DNA from: Podarcis cretensis
Lineage: Eukaryota
DNA length: 64,000 nucleotides
Reading direction: 5' to 3'
NCBI GenBank assembly: GCA_951804945.1
Contig: OX638150.1
Location: 74,896,001-74,960,000, forward strand
The notes below the pieces were generated by a model. It saw nothing but the letters and a program-made list of their open reading frames with translations. It was not told the origin of the DNA and ran no database searches. This document shows positions 11,636 to 24,814 of the stretch, one piece after another; within the stretch, counting starts at the first letter, position 1, and each line of letters starts with the position of its first letter. The translations under genes were made by a program, and so were the position numbers.

Positions 11636-14593
11636 ATTCTCTCTAGCAGTCCCATTCTCTCTAGCAGTCTGCTAATGGCGTGGTCAATGTGACTACTTCT
11701 GGGGCAACTCTATGGCTGTGAAATGTGGGGAGATGGTTTGCCAGTCTCTTGATTGGCACCTAGATGGTTGTCATTCACGGGACTTCAAAATTCCTGAGCA
11801 TAGGTCTGTTCCTAAAGAAGGGAAGTGTTAGCTGCTATGAGAAAATGAAAGGGAATGGCGCTCTTTTTTTGCACAATAGATACTTGTTGGGTGGCTTTTA
11901 TTTCTAGTTCTATTGATTTTACGATCATGTGTGGACATCCTGATGTTTCTCACCTCAGCTTCAAAGCAATGCAGCTACCAGTGTCAGTGAAAAACAATAA
12001 GAGGCTACTCTGCCAAAGAGCTTTCCCCTTTCTAAAGCTACTGCAGAGTTGACTTTTCCCTTCTCAATTTCTAGCTGCCTTGAAAATCAGGTCTACCAAA
12101 GGTATGTAACTGCCTCTCCAAACTTATTTCTTTACTTATGCATACTCCATGTTTCCTTATGAAATAAGCTCAAAAGCAGCTTACCTGCCCCCAAAAGCTA
12201 CTAAAATACATAAAGCCCTGAGGAAAAAATCCACATGACTAAATACATTTTGTATAATAAAACAGATTCAGCATAAAAACGAGATGGGATTTTAACCCAT
12301 GCTAAAAGCTCAGCAAAATTAAAATGTCTTAACAGCTCACCTGAAGCTTAAACAGAGAGGCTGTACAGTACTGGTGCAACAGTGATCTCAAATGGAAAGC
12401 GGGGGGAGCAAAAACTACATGGGGGGGGAGATGAGAAAGAGGACAGGGCTCCAGCTCCTTTAATAGTGGAGTAGAAGAAGGTATTTCAGTTGTAGTTTGT
12501 TGGAAAGGGGTGCCACCAGGAAGTGGGGGGGGGGGTCCTTTCCCCAGAGGGATCTTTGTCCACAGCCCACTCAAACTGACACCATGCTTGCCTGCTCCTC
12601 CTTTACTCTGATATTTGGCCTTCAGCCAGTCAATGACTTCTGCAGCCTCAGCACAGGAAGCTGCGCCTCAGGCCCCTTTGTTCAAACTGGATTGCAGTTG
12701 TAGCTAGCTAGGCTCCAGGCCTGACACTAAGGTGGTCACACCTAGATGAATGGCTACCAAGGCTGTGTGAACTGTGATTTGCAGGAAGGACTCGTGTTTT
12801 GAAGTAGAATAGCAAAAATTAATTGAGCTTCTGTTCTGCTCATATTCATTTTCAAAGTTCTGTGGACAATCCAGACTGGACGAGATTTTCTTCAGACATT
12901 TTAGTCTTGTTGAATGCCAGCATGAATAGTTAGAGAAAATGGATTTTTTTTTTCTAGAAATAAGACACACAGCTAGTATCTCTTGGCCTGAAAATGCATT
13001 GAAGGTCACGTCACCTTGGCAGATTATATTCTTAGCCAATATAGCTGTTGCTGATCCTTGAGATTTGGATATCGCCCCATAAGAGATACTTATTTCACAC
13101 CGATGGTATTCCACATATGGCTCCACTCCACATTCCATTTACTTTGATGTGTTTTCGTGCCACAAAATTTCAGTAGCGAGCAACCCAACTTCACTGACAT
13201 GCCAGAGCAGAGCACTCTCCCTTCCTTTGAGGTGCAGTCAATCCCAGTGCTTTAGATCCTAGCTATAGATGGAAGTTGCTGACTGTGTGGGAATCAGACT
13301 CCCGGACTTGCCAGCCCCCTGCCAGCAAATCCTATGCCTAATAGGATAAAGTTTGGTTTTTGACAGCCATCACAGCCTTCAGCCAGTCAGGGTGCCATGT
13401 GACGATTAGAGTCCACCTCCCTACTTCTTACTGCTGGCTCCATCTGTCTGGTCTCCATCTGTGGAAAATGAGCACAAAGGAACAAGGCCAGGTGGCTCTG
13501 GAATAGCCGTGCGGCTGACTTTAACCTGTCTCCCATCTGTTCACCTTGGCCATTAGTTTGGTAATCCCCTGGGCATTTAAAGGAATCCATTTGTGCTGTT
13601 ACTCCAGGGGCTGGCAAGCATTTTCTCTTAAGCTGTAGAAAGCTAGAGCATCTAATTCCATCTCATGTGGATAATAGGAAGAGACAGTGCACTGATGATA
13701 CAGGAAAGGTGGCAATGAAAGGGACTATATCTCAGTGGTAGAGTGCATGTTGTGTGTTGGCCAGCCAGAACAAACCATGTGAGTCTAGATTGATAATAGC
13801 TTCCTGTGTGTTCTGCAGCAGTTTTGCTAGTAAGGCATTCCAGCACCTCCCATGATTTGCCTAGTTATATTTCCTATGAATCTCTCCTTCCCATACATTG
13901 CTAATTATTCCTGTGCATGGGCATGCTTAGCTAGGCCGATTAGTATGTCTATCATTTCAAATCCCTATTACCCAAGGCTACACATAATTTTGAAGACTGC
14001 TAAGGTTTGAGGACCCAAGACCAATATTGTTTATGCTATAGCCGTGCATCATGAAATCTGAGTAAGTGCACATTTACTAAAACTAGTAATCTTTCAGTAG
14101 CCCTAAAGGAAATTTTAAAAAAACATTATTAGTTCAGATTTTGTCTTTTCCTTACAACTAGATTCATCATAATTTGATCTTGACACAACTCCCAAGACAG
14201 TGCTATTTTCCAGTGTTAGGTTCAAAACCCAGGTTTTGTGTTCTAAATGGTAGACTGAGCTTTCTGGATTATAATCACAATGTGTTCCCCATGTCTATAA
14301 GACAACATGGAAGACTAGTTCAACTAATAGCAAACATTCTCCCCAACATTCCCACATTCTCCAAAAACCTCCAAACTACAGTGTCAAATGTAATTGTGGA
14401 GATAAGATGATTCACAAATGTGTGGTTGAGCTACATTAGAAAAGAATGCATCAACAAAATAAGCCGATGTATAAATCAATATTTTAATTGATTAAAAAAA
14501 ATAGTTTTGACAAAATGTATTATTCAGCAGAAACTCACCAGAAAACCAGGTAGACCCTGCACAGCTGATTTAATTCATTTTCTTTATCCAACT

Positions 14594-14599
14594 TTTATT
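14594..14599 (-). terminator. Candidate ABHD14B polyadenylation signal (AATAAA)
   Basis: Minus-strand AATAAA about 1.45 kb downstream of the stop codon; usage unverified. Confidence 0.35.
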
Positions 14600-16040
14600 A
14601 TTGGAAGTCTGCACTCTTTGCTAACTTGATAGTCCCTTTGATTCCAAGCAAGATAAAATTGTTCAGATATAGAGTAGCAGTGGTGAGTGATGCTTCCTCC
14701 CTCAGAGCACCCCAACTCTTCCAAGGTGCATAGCAGAGATGAGGAACATGTGGCTCTTCAGAGGTAGTTGGACTCCAACTTCCATCCCCCCCTGCAAGCA
14801 TGGCAAGTAGAGAAGGATGATGGGAGTTGTGGTCCCAACATAAGGAGAGCAACAAGTTTCCCAACAATAGTGTTCAGTGCCATTGGCATTGCATTTCTTC
14901 CTTCTACTATTGCAACCTTAGACAAACAATACTCTGACATATCCCATATGTTAAACTTCTAAGAAGAGTCCCAGAACCATCTAATAATTTAATCACCAAT
15001 GAGAGTGATAACCATAGAGCATGAGGATGTTTCAAAATAGGTAGCCACATGTTCTTGCTGAGCTCAGTCAGAAGAGGTGATAGTATTTAACATACGCACA
15101 TTGTTGATGAGCTGCAGTCCTATGCAGATTTCCCTGGGGGTAACTTAATGGGACTTCTGAGCAGACATGGGTACCAGATTGCACTTTTAGAAAGGGGAAG
15201 CCCTGGAGATGCTAAAGGTTTTGTCATACAAAATGATCCTCCGTAAAATTACTGAGTCAGCCTTAGTCCTGCCCTCTAATAATTGCTCACCACAAAGCAG
15301 CTGGCTGCCACCATGCACGTCAAGAATACATAGTCTTGCCAACCCAAAGCAGGAAGAAACAGATTCTGACAAAGAGATAGTGTGTACACCACAGCAGTGA
15401 CATAGCAAAAGGTTCTGAAATAAAGACAGATGTCCCCTGGCAAAGATGTCAAGGGCAAAGATAGCTACAAGTTCCACAGAGCAAGGCGGACAGTCTCTGA
15501 ACAGACTGTTTGGTTGGGGAAACGTACATTGCCCCACCTTCATGACATCTGTTTCAGCTAACTCAGCATGCTGGCTTGTTGCTTTTTGTGTTCATTTAAC
15601 TAAAAAGAGGGGGAAATTTCACAATCATGGGTGAGTGATGAGGAAGAGGTGGATTTCACGCCAGATCATGAAATGGCAAATTTACACTGAGGTGCCAATG
15701 TGCCTGTGTAACAGATCTATATTTATATATTAGGGTGACCCAATGAATCCCATGGCCAAGGGAGGGGAAATGGGGGGGGGTGTCATTCTTAATATGCAAT
15801 TAATTGAATGCGATTCTATGATTCTATTAAGCAATGAGCATGTTTTGGATGCAGCATGATCCATCTGCTAAGTATTTTAGTTCTATAATTATTGGGTAGT
15901 CCCCAAAGGACTTGGCTCCTGTTTGATTGCCGACTGAATTGCAGAAAGAGAACCCAGCACCCAGGAAGCAAACACCAGACATTTGTGGAAGCCACTGATC
16001 ATTGTGGGTGGGTTGGGAGCAGGCCGGGCCAGTTTGCTCT

Positions 16041-16223
16041 TCACTCTATGCTCTTCAGGAAGTCTAGAAGCCCATGGTGCCACTCATCTGGCTTGTCAAG
16101 GTAACAGGCATGGCCTGCCCCTTTCATCAGCATCACCTTGTGATTAGGTAAGTTCTTCAGGTTGTTCAGGCTCACTTCCCCCAGCTGGGCGTCCTGGTCC
16201 CCATATACGATGAGCGCTGGTGT
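16041..16223 (-). CDS. ABHD14B: ABHD14B last coding exon ([11 protein letters not shown]...[26 protein letters not shown])
   Basis: Acceptor ttctcccatacttag|ACA, 61 codons to TGA at 16043-16041; carries the catalytic Asp and His motifs. Not in the ORF track; translated by hand. Confidence 0.96.
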   Translation of the reverse strand, partial: TPALIVYGDQDAQLGEVSLNNLKNLPNHKVMLMKGAGHACYLDKPDEWHHGLLDFLKSIE

Positions 16224-17413
16224 CTAAGTATGGGAGAAAAGAAGTCAAGTGTGGTCAAGTCAACAAACAAGGAACTTCCCCCTTCTTGGGTGCTTTCAAC
16301 AAATATCTCAAGTGAAATACAGGTTTGAGGTTGGAAATAACTCTATGCACATATAAACTATTGTGTACAAGCTCAGGAACTCTGCAAAAAGAGTCCTCAA
16401 TCGTACCCACGTAGGGTCACTTTTGTGCATGTGCTGGTGACAGAGCTCACCACCCCAATCCTCTCCCCCCACCCCGCTCCACCTAGATGTTCAATTTACC
16501 TATACTAAATGTGCAAAGACAGCTTGTGTCTGCCTTCTTCACTGTAATTGGCTTGATCAGTGCCAAACAAAAAGTTCAGGAAGCTAATATGTGCCTGCTG
16601 TCTCTTTGATCTCTGTGTTATTCAGTGTTTAAACCTTTATTAATGATATTACTGCCAGTAGAATTATCCTTTCCTGGTTGCAGTACCTTCTCCTAGCAAG
16701 GAAAACAAACCTCTCCCACATTTTAAATAGCTCAGAATCTTTGCGGTAGAGATGTTCAGGATTCACAGAAGTACAGAGAATTCCCACTGCTGTCGAAGCT
16801 ATTGTCTTACAGGGTTACCAGGGCTAAAAAAAGGTCACATTTGCAAGGGGAGATTTTTGCATTTGCCAGCCACATTTGCCTGGGCAAAGGCACACCCCAG
16901 AGATTAATAGGAGGAGCTTAAAATATTAAAAAGTGAGGAATTTGGATAACAGTTAGATCAAATGCTCTGCGTTTGCAAGAGACATTACAAAGCTACACTT
17001 AGAGGTTAAGGAACGCTCAGAGATTTACAGCAGTTACAATCTAATCCCTCTTGCTTCTAATGATGCATTTTCTCTTCTGAGTGTAGAAACAGACTTACTT
17101 TCCTTGCTCATGTAAAAGATCACACTTACTCCATCAACCCAGTAATGGGGAGAAGGCTATCACAGCAGTTCTTTTTCTCATAATGGTGAAATGATCCCTG
17201 CATCACACTATCCTTGGAGCAGTCCTTATGAGATGATAGGCAGTCATTGCAGAAAGAAAAAGTGAACAAGCTTCCCTGTTTGTGTTTGTAGGCCTGATTA
17301 TAGGCCTGCTTTGCATCTTTGAAAGCGGTTTTGTGCCTGAGAACGAAGCAGTAGGCACTGCCCTCTAGTGATTAGCTCAGGAACCCTTTCCCTGTTGTAT
17401 GCAATTGCTGATA

Positions 17414-17664
17414 CAGACATACCTTGGAAGTTGAACGGAATCCGCTCCGGAAGTCCATTTGACTTTCAAAATGTTCGACTTCCAAGGCACAGCTTCCAAT
17501 TGGCTGCAGGAAACTCCTGCAGCAAATCGGAAGCCGCGGAAGCCGCCTCGGACGTTCTGCTTCCATAAGAACGTTTGGAAACTGGAACAATCACTTCCGG
17601 TTTTCGATCGTCCGGGAGCCAAAACGTTCAGCAACTAAGCTGTTTGAATTCCAAGGTACGATTG
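17414..17664. mobile_element. Tc1/mariner (Tigger-like) MITE
   Basis: TA-flanked; imperfect TIRs CAGACATACCTTGG / CCAAGGTACGATTG. Confidence 0.75.
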
Positions 17665-17827
17665 TACTGCTGTTCTCTGTATTCCCCTCAATTATTTTTC
17701 AATGCCTTTTAATTTCCAGGGCTGGTGTCAGAAATCTGCACTGCATGACATTGACTGAGGCCCATACCCCTGCATAGTCATTTGCCCTCTCCAGGAGTAT
17801 CAGCAGTGGCAAGACTAAGGAAGAGGA

Positions 17828-18082
17828 GCTGCAGTGTGGTGTAGTGGTTAAGAGCGGTAGACTCGTAATCTGGGGAACCGGGTTCGCGTCTCCGCTCCTC
17901 CACATGCAGCTGCTGGGTGACCTTGGGCTAGTCACACTTCTCTGAAGTCTCTCAGCCCCACTCACCTCACAGAGTGCTTGTTGTGGGGGAGGAAGGGAAA
18001 GCAGATTGTTAGCCGTTTTGAGACTCTTTAGGGTAGTGATAAAGCAGGATATCAAATCCAAACTCTTCTTATTATTATTATT
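17828..18082 (+). mobile_element. tRNA-derived SINE (Squam3-like)
   Basis: A/B-box head, same body as 3258..3507, (TCT/TTA)n tail. Confidence 0.85.
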
Positions 18083-18308
18083 CTGGTCAGCAGTGCCAAT
18101 TGGGCATGGACAAAGAGGGCTCTGAATAAGCAGTAGTGACAGTAGCCAGGAGATGGGCCCATCCAGTTAATTTTGGCCTTGGCGCACCCCCCGCCCACAC
18201 ACATCTGCAGCTGACACTGTTAAGTGTCATTGGCTGAAACAAGACCTGCCCCAGTTTTAACCTCAGAATCCCCTCCCCTCTGCATGCCTAGCCGCCAGGC
18301 GGACGTAC

Positions 18309-18550
18309 TTTGACACCGGCATATTGTGTGGCTGAGAACTTCTCTGTGCAGATGGGTGCCACTGGGACATAGGCTTTAAGCATCTCACTGTGCTGGAAGA
18401 GGAACGGAAGCGAATACATCCCGCTGAGAGATGGGCTGATCACCACCGCCTGGTCTAGCTTCAGGGCCTCGAAGACAGACTTCAAGAAATTGGCTGGTGC
18501 TGGCTCTCCGACAGGAGCTGGGGCAGTAGCCTCTTTGGAACGACCTAATC
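18309..18550 (-). CDS. ABHD14B: ABHD14B middle coding exon with nucleophile motif [12 protein letters not shown]
   Basis: Acceptor gtccag|GA, donor AAA|GTACGT, 242 nt, phase 1 to phase 0; SxSxS motif diagnostic of ABHD14. Confidence 0.97.
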
Positions 18551-19345
18551 CTGGACCGCAAGAAACAAGACACTGCACGTCACACATGTGGGAAGGATGA
18601 ATCCTGATTAAATTGGGTGGAGGAATGAGTACAGGGTGGCATTTCAGTGTTAACAAAGCAATGTGGATGCTGGGGGACGGACGGACGCACCCTTGCATGA
18701 ACAAGCAGCACCAATCCAACAATGAACATGCACCTGGAAGCTCCCATTATGCTCTTTCACATTAGGCCTGGTATTACACCAGCTTACAAACTGTGATTTG
18801 AGGGGGACTGCCAAACCCGGGTCTCAAAGCACGCTTTGAGGCTGGTTTTGAAACCACGATTGTAACTAACTGTGATTTGCTACTGCTGCCATTTATTTAT
18901 TTATCATCACTCGTGTGCATGGTGCTTTATAGGGTCCAAAGAGCTTTCAATTTAAAATCTGAAATTGGAGAAACAGAGGGAGAGAAAGCAGGGGGTGAAC
19001 AGGAAAGCCAATATTTGGTTTTTCCAGTTATACGTGTTTAGGCTTAGCCACAGGCTAGTGGGGCATGGGAATTAGGACAGGGATGGGGTTGCTGGACTTT
19101 GGAAGTAAATACATGCTCATCCTGGATCCAGCTGTTATGTCTGAGTTCAGGTAACATTGATAAATCACAGTTATGGCCATTGCTGAGACTTCAGAGGACT
19201 GGAGAGGATGCTGCTGCAGTATGGAGATGAAGCTCACCATTGAAAAACAAAAGCAGGTGAGCAGCCCTAAACCTTGGTTTGCCTGTTATACCCAACTAAG
19301 CCCAGGCATAGTTTAGGATATTTATCTTTGGTTATGACATCCATA

Positions 19346-19706
19346 GGGACGCAGGTGGCGCTGTGGGTTAAAGCCTCAGCGCCTAGGGCTTGCCGATCGA
19401 AAGGTCGGCGGTTCGAATCCCTGCGGCGGGGTGCGCTCCCGCTGCTCGGTCCCAGCGCCTGCCAACCTAGCAGTTCGAAAGCACCTCCGGGTGCAAGTAG
19501 ATAAATAGGGACCGCTTACCAGCGGGAAGGTAAACGGCGTTTCCGTGTGCGGCTCTGGCTCTGGCCAGAGCAGTGATGTCACGCTGGCCACGTGACCCGG
19601 AAGTGTCTCCGGACAGCGCTGGCCCCTGGCCTCTTAAGTGAGATGGGCGCACAACCCCAGAGTCTGTCAAGACTGGCCTGTACGGGCAGGGGTACCTTTA
19701 CCTTTT
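19346..19706 (+). mobile_element. Sauria SINE, young subfamily
   Basis: GGGACGCAGGTGGCGCTG head to (ACCTTT)n tail; 13-bp TSD TTATGACATCCAT (19332-19344 / 19707-19719). Confidence 0.95.
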
Positions 19707-19988
19707 TTATGACATCCATGGCTTGGCAAGATATCGGAACTGAGCCAAATGTGTATGATCAGAACCCAAAGGCGCACACACCTGAATGACAATTTTGCAC
19801 ATGTTCTTCCATACATGAGTGAGACTTACCACATTGTTAAAAAGCAAAACAAGAACGAGGGCCTGGATGTCAGCATCAGTTTTTTGACCTTGAGGAAGGG
19901 CCAGGTTCTTACATTTCAAATTATAACTGCACTGGAGTCGCCCACAGGTGTGGAAGTGATCCCTTCACCTGTCGAGATCCAGACATAC

Positions 19989-20202
19989 CTGGCAGGTCAA
20001 CAGCCACAGCGCGGTATCCGGCTTCTCCCAACTTAGACAGAGTCTGCAGGTTTAGCCACGTCTCTGAAGAGAAACGGATGCCATGAAGCAGCAAGACAGA
20101 GAACCGGGGGCTCTGCTGAGCAGGCTGGACCTGCCGGTAGAACAGCGTTTGCCCACCCGCCGTGATGGTGCTCTCGGTCAGTTGCGTGGCGGTAGCAGCC
20201 AT
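19989..20202 (-). CDS. ABHD14B: ABHD14B first coding exon ([11 protein letters not shown]...[12 protein letters not shown]...AVDLPG)
   Basis: ATG at 20202, donor CCAG|GTATGT; exon acceptor ttttcag| at 20230 gives 28 nt of 5'UTR. Joined CDS 214+242+183 nt = 212 aa alpha/beta hydrolase. Confidence 0.97.
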
Positions 20203-20364
20203 CACTGCCAAAGAGGGTATTCTGGGAAGCCTGAAAATGAGAGCACCAAACAAAAAGAAGAAAATGGAACAAATAAATCATGGTTTGTTTTAAGAGGGAG
20301 GAAACGACACTACTTTAGTTTCTGACTGACAAAGCTGGCACAACATGGTGTGTGCAGAAGTGCT

Positions 20365-20625
20365 TACATTTAAAGTGTTTAAAGCCCTAAATGACTCAGG
20401 CCACAAATATCTGAAAGGCTGCCTCCTCCTTTGCAAGTCCCTCGGGTGCTAAAATCGGTGGAGGGAGTCCTCTTGGTTGTCCACTTCCCATAAAAGCTCA
20501 CGGTGGCGGCAGCCAAGGAGAGGGCATTCTTTGTGGTGGCCCCTAAGTCATGGAACTCCCTCTCACAGAAGTGAATCTTGCATCTTCATTATACAGCTTT
20601 AGGTGAATGCTTATCCTGGCTTTTG
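20365..20625 (+). mobile_element. Old L2 LINE 3' fragment
   Basis: tttaaagccctaaatg...agggcattctttgtggtggcccct...tggaactccct, homologous to the L2 at 22850..23261. Confidence 0.65.
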
Positions 20626-21780
20626 ATACCTGAGGCAAGGGATCGTTCATTAGTATTGTAGGAACTGCAGGAGGAAATGCTGGCGGGGCTTTGCCTCCTC
20701 TTGCTGCTAAGCCTTTTCTGGTTGAAAATCACCTTCTCAATGTAAAGGCAATATAAAGTTAAGAAATGCATAAGAAGTGGTTAAAACGGTGGATCATCAG
20801 AGGTGCTGATGGAAGTCTAAAAAGGTTGTATAAGTGATAAGTTTTGTGGTACATTTTATAATTTATATGTTAAAATCAATAAAACCACCTTCTTGATGCT
20901 TCTTTCCTCAAACTGGCCACAGGTTTGCAAATGGGGGGGCAATAAAATGTTGAGCCACACGTGCAGATAGGTGACAGCTGTATGTGTACTGTGAACCACT
21001 GAAAAGCATTGTGTGTAGATGGAGTGGAAGAACTTTCAGATCTGTGATGGCCCAATTCACATGTGCAAATTGTCATCTGAGCAAGGTTTGCAGAAGCCTG
21101 CTCACAAGACCTCATTTGTACAGTTCTTCTCCCTTCAAATCTGGGCCTATTCTAGTGTGCTCTGCAGTCCAGTTAACAATCTCCTAGCTCATGATCTGAC
21201 AGTTGTGTGAATTCAGAGAAATGCCAACAGCACCCTTTTATGAGCCAATGCTGCCATTTCATCTCCTTACAAACTCAGAAAGCAAACAATGCTTTCACCA
21301 CCTCACCTAGTCCAGCCCACTTCCTCTGGGGGTTCAAAGTATCCTGAGCTTGTGTGTGGAGCCAAGGGGGTAGAAAGGTGGTGCGTGTGTTTGTGTGTAT
21401 GGATATAATCAAGCACACAGGAATAATGTGTAGAGAAATCAAGTGATGTGAATCGTGCTATCCTGTTTGACCCACCAGCACTTATCTTACTGCAGTGCAA
21501 ATACTGTGAGAGCTGGGGTGTAATCTGCAGTCATATATAACTGTAAAATAATGCAAGAGGTCGGGACACCAAAGTGATTTGAGGCACTGGCAGGACTAAA
21601 CTATGCAGCCCATTTTCACCATCAGTATTTATCCAGGGGACATTTTAAATAGTGAGAAAGAGAACAAACACCTTAGAGTATCTGCAGATCATGTTCCTCA
21701 CCTGGGATTAGGGAAGTGGGCGTAGCTGCCAAGCAGCCTTAGCTTCACACACTGATTTAGTGTTTCATCCAGATGTTATT

Positions 21781-22025
21781 TCCTGCCAACCTAGCAGTTC
21801 AAAAGCACATCAAAGTGCAAGCAGATAAATAGGTACCGCTCCGGCGGGAAGGTAAACGGTGTTTCCGTGCGCTGCTCTGGCTCGCCAGAAGCAGCTTAAG
21901 TCATGCTGGCCACGTGACCTGGAAGCTGTACGCCAGCTCCCTTGGCCAGTAAAACGAGATGAGCGCTGCAACCCCAGAGTCGTCCGCGACTGGACCTAAT
22001 GGTCAGGGGTCCCTTTGCCTTTACC
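21781..22025 (+). mobile_element. Sauria SINE, 5'-truncated older subfamily
   Basis: Matches the 3' two-thirds of 26213..26569, ending in cctttgcctttacc. Confidence 0.85.
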
Positions 22026-22399
22026 AGGTGTTATTAACTCATGTGTGATTATATACACAAAGGGCATTCACATGGTACATTCAAAGAGTGTACACTCTCA
22101 TCGCCCACACAGATAGTTGAGCTGTATATAACTCAAGAAGTGCACACTTGGTTCCACAGAGAGGTAACTTTTGAACAAGTCTATAGGGTGGGGGAGAATT
22201 TAAGCGGCCAGGATTTATTTTATGCAATCACATTCTGTGTGACTTGCAAGCCGCTTGGGACCCCAGCAAGAAGCCAAGTGCTCTGCTTCTTAAACTCGCC
22301 CTGCCTGGGGCTTTCCTGCACCTTCTTATGCGTGCATGGCGGGGCGGGAAGAGACAACTTCTGAACTTTGTCCCGTTTCCTGGCAGCTGCAATGGAATG

Positions 22400-22840
22400 G
22401 CCACGTTACCAGCTCAGAACGGAGGAAGAGCTCTTTGAGACGGCGAGGGGACAGGCAGGCAGAAAAGCGAACCCACCACCTTACCCTCAAGTTGCTCCCT
22501 TTCCGAAACAAAGACACTGGAAGCTTCAGGAATGCGCCACTGTCCGTCGTGTCCGATCGCCGAAAGAGTTGATGCTCCCCTCGACTTCCGGATCCAAAGG
22601 TACCGTCGGAAACCCGACGAAAGAGAGCAACGGGGGCGGAGGCTGGAGGGGAGGGACAAAATGTGGAAATATACAGCATTTCTAAGCAAAGGTTCGCGCG
22701 AACACTAGCGGCACCTAATGGACATCAGCAAACTCATCTTGACAAGTAATGGCACTACAAGCGATCTTAGACGAGCAGCCTAAACACCGGGAGGTACGCA
22801 ACATCTGGGCGTCCATGCGCACGTGGGCTGCACTGCACAG
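22400..22840 (-). promoter_or_regulatory. CpG-rich promoter and candidate non-coding exon 1 of ABHD14B
   Basis: CpG cluster with ETS-like CGGAA/TTCCG sites and an NRF1/E-box-like catgcgcacgtg; minus-strand donor GAGG|GTAAGG with exon end at 22485. Confidence 0.6.
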
Positions 22841-22849
22841 ATCCAATTT

Positions 22850-23261
22850 TAATAATAATAATAATAATAATAATTTATTATTTATACCCCGCCCATCTGG
22901 CTGAGTTTCCCCAGCCACTCTGGGCGGCTCCCAATCAGTGTTAAAAACAATACAGCGTTACATATTAAAAACTTCCCTGAACAGGGCTGCCTTAAGATGT
23001 CTTCTGAATGTCAGATAATTCTTTATCTCTTTGACATCTGATGGGAGGGCGTTCCACAGGTCGGGCGCCACTACCGAGAAGGCCCTCTGCCTGGTTCCCT
23101 GTAGCCTCACTTCTCGCAATGAGGGAACCGCCAGAAGGCCCTCGGCGCTGGATCTCAGTGTCCGGGCTGAACGATGGGGGTGGAGATGCTCCTTCAGGTA
23201 TACAGGACCGAGGCCGTTTAGGGCTTTAAAGGTCAGCACCAACACTTTGAATCGTGCTCGG
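22850..23261 (-). mobile_element. Young 5'-truncated L2 LINE
   Basis: Open ORF2 C-terminus ARFKVLVLTFKALNGLGP...RAFSVVAPDLWNALP...FRRHLKAALF, short 3'UTR and (TTA)n tail. Confidence 0.92.
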
Positions 23262-24436
23262 AAAATTTTGTCCCCCTGCGTGCGCTCTCGCGCACTTTCG
23301 TCCACATATGCGCGCTTTCCGTTTAGATTTGTCTCTGTGTTTCCCACCCACTTTTGTAAGCCGTGCGTGATGGGCTATACTGGCCTTGTGTGGTGTCCCC
23401 TTCTCTAAGTTAGTACAGTACTGGGTGCATGCAGGTGTTTTCCTGCACGGGGACACTTCTTCTTCCTTATAATTTATCTGGGACAGTGCAACAACAAACT
23501 CCCACCAAAGCCAACATTTCAAGCATGCTCCAAGTAGGCAAAACGGCCAATTTTAAAAAAAGAAATAAATAAAAGTGCAAGAGTAGTTTCAAAATTTAAA
23601 ACAAATGCATGTGTATGTCATGCACGGCCGCTACATAGTGAGTGAGTGACCCATTGCCAGTGCAAGGAGCAGCCAAGCAGGTGCAGACACAGGCAGCTCA
23701 GATCTTACCTTTTTCTTCCTTTCTCCTTTTACCTGCAAGGGCTTTGTTTTTGCTTGCAATGCAGCTCTTTCGAACAAACGCTGTTCTACATGAGATAGTT
23801 GTTGCTGCTGTCTTTAAAATACTGGGAGTGTGCCTTTGGCAGCAGCCTGTAGAAGTAGGTGCACTGCATCTTTTCCCTTGGGCTGGTGGAAACAAGATGG
23901 CTAGGTTGCGTTCAGGACTGAGGAGACAAGAAGATAATTTAAAGTACTTTGGGATTTGTTTTTAAAAAGCACAAGCCCAGACAAATTTGTTGGTTTAAAA
24001 CATGACTGTGCAGGGAGTGTATGCCAGTGGTGGGAAAAGCTGACACTGAGTGGTGCCAGAGACAAATGCTCTGGATTACCTAACCCATAATAAAGACATC
24101 CATTCATTTTTACAGCCCTTTCCGGTTGTTCTGTAACTACCTAAGGGAGGGGGAACACTCTAATTAAAAAGCCAGGTACAATAAAAGGGAAATTAACAGG
24201 GAGGAAGAAACTCTCATGGGAAGTGTAAGTTCAGGAAGTGTAAATTGCCACATAAAATGAAGTCACCCACATGCGGTTTGAAACAATTAAAGATTTGAAG
24301 TGCTAAACTGAAATCAATTCCTCCCCTCCTTTAAAAAACCACCACCACCACCACCACAACAACAACAAGTACAATATGTTGTGGAGGTGGGGGGGGGATG
24401 ATTAATAAAATCAACCCTCCTGGCAAACTGGAAATA

Positions 24437-24662
24437 CAGTGGTACCTCGGGTTACATACACTTCAGGTTACAGACTTCGCTAACCCAGAAATAGTGCTTC
24501 AGGTTAAGAACTTTGCTTCAGGATGAGAACAGAAATCGTGCTGCGGCGGCACAGTGGCAGCAGGAGGCCCCATTAGCTAAAGTGGTGCTTCAGGTTAAGA
24601 ACAGTTTCAGGTTAAGAACAGACCTCCAGAATGAATTAAGTACTTAACCCGAGGTACCACTG
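24437..24662 (+). mobile_element. Tc1/mariner MITE (CAGTGGTACCTCGGGTTA family)
   Basis: TIRs CAGTGGTACCTCGGGTTA / TAACCCGAGGTACCACTG with TA TSD. Confidence 0.92.
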
Positions 24663-24814
24663 TATCCCCTCATTCACCCAAGTTTAGGATATTCCACCAT
24701 TCTTCAGCAGTGATTCTTTTTCTATGATAAAAATGAGCGGCTCACATAAATGTAAACCAAGTTTTAATAATAAAGAAAACTAACAAAATAACACGATGAG
24801 AGAAACTTAAATGC

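Noticed and set aside
11060-11655. Recurrent peptides such as WPEPEPEPHTETPF at 11, 19, 27 and 60 kb
   Set aside because: Translations of the same SINE, not a gene family.
12704-13138. 144-aa minus-strand ORF
   Set aside because: No recognisable homology or exon structure, and it crosses a poly(T) run; probably chance.
17832-17905. tRNA-like sequence (also at 19346, 26213 and other SINE heads)
   Set aside because: SINE heads with A/B boxes, continuous with the SINE body; not tRNA genes.
24437-24662. Periodic CTTCAGGTTAAGAAC units resembling a repeat-spacer array
   Set aside because: Internal subterminal repeats of a mariner MITE in a vertebrate genome; not CRISPR.
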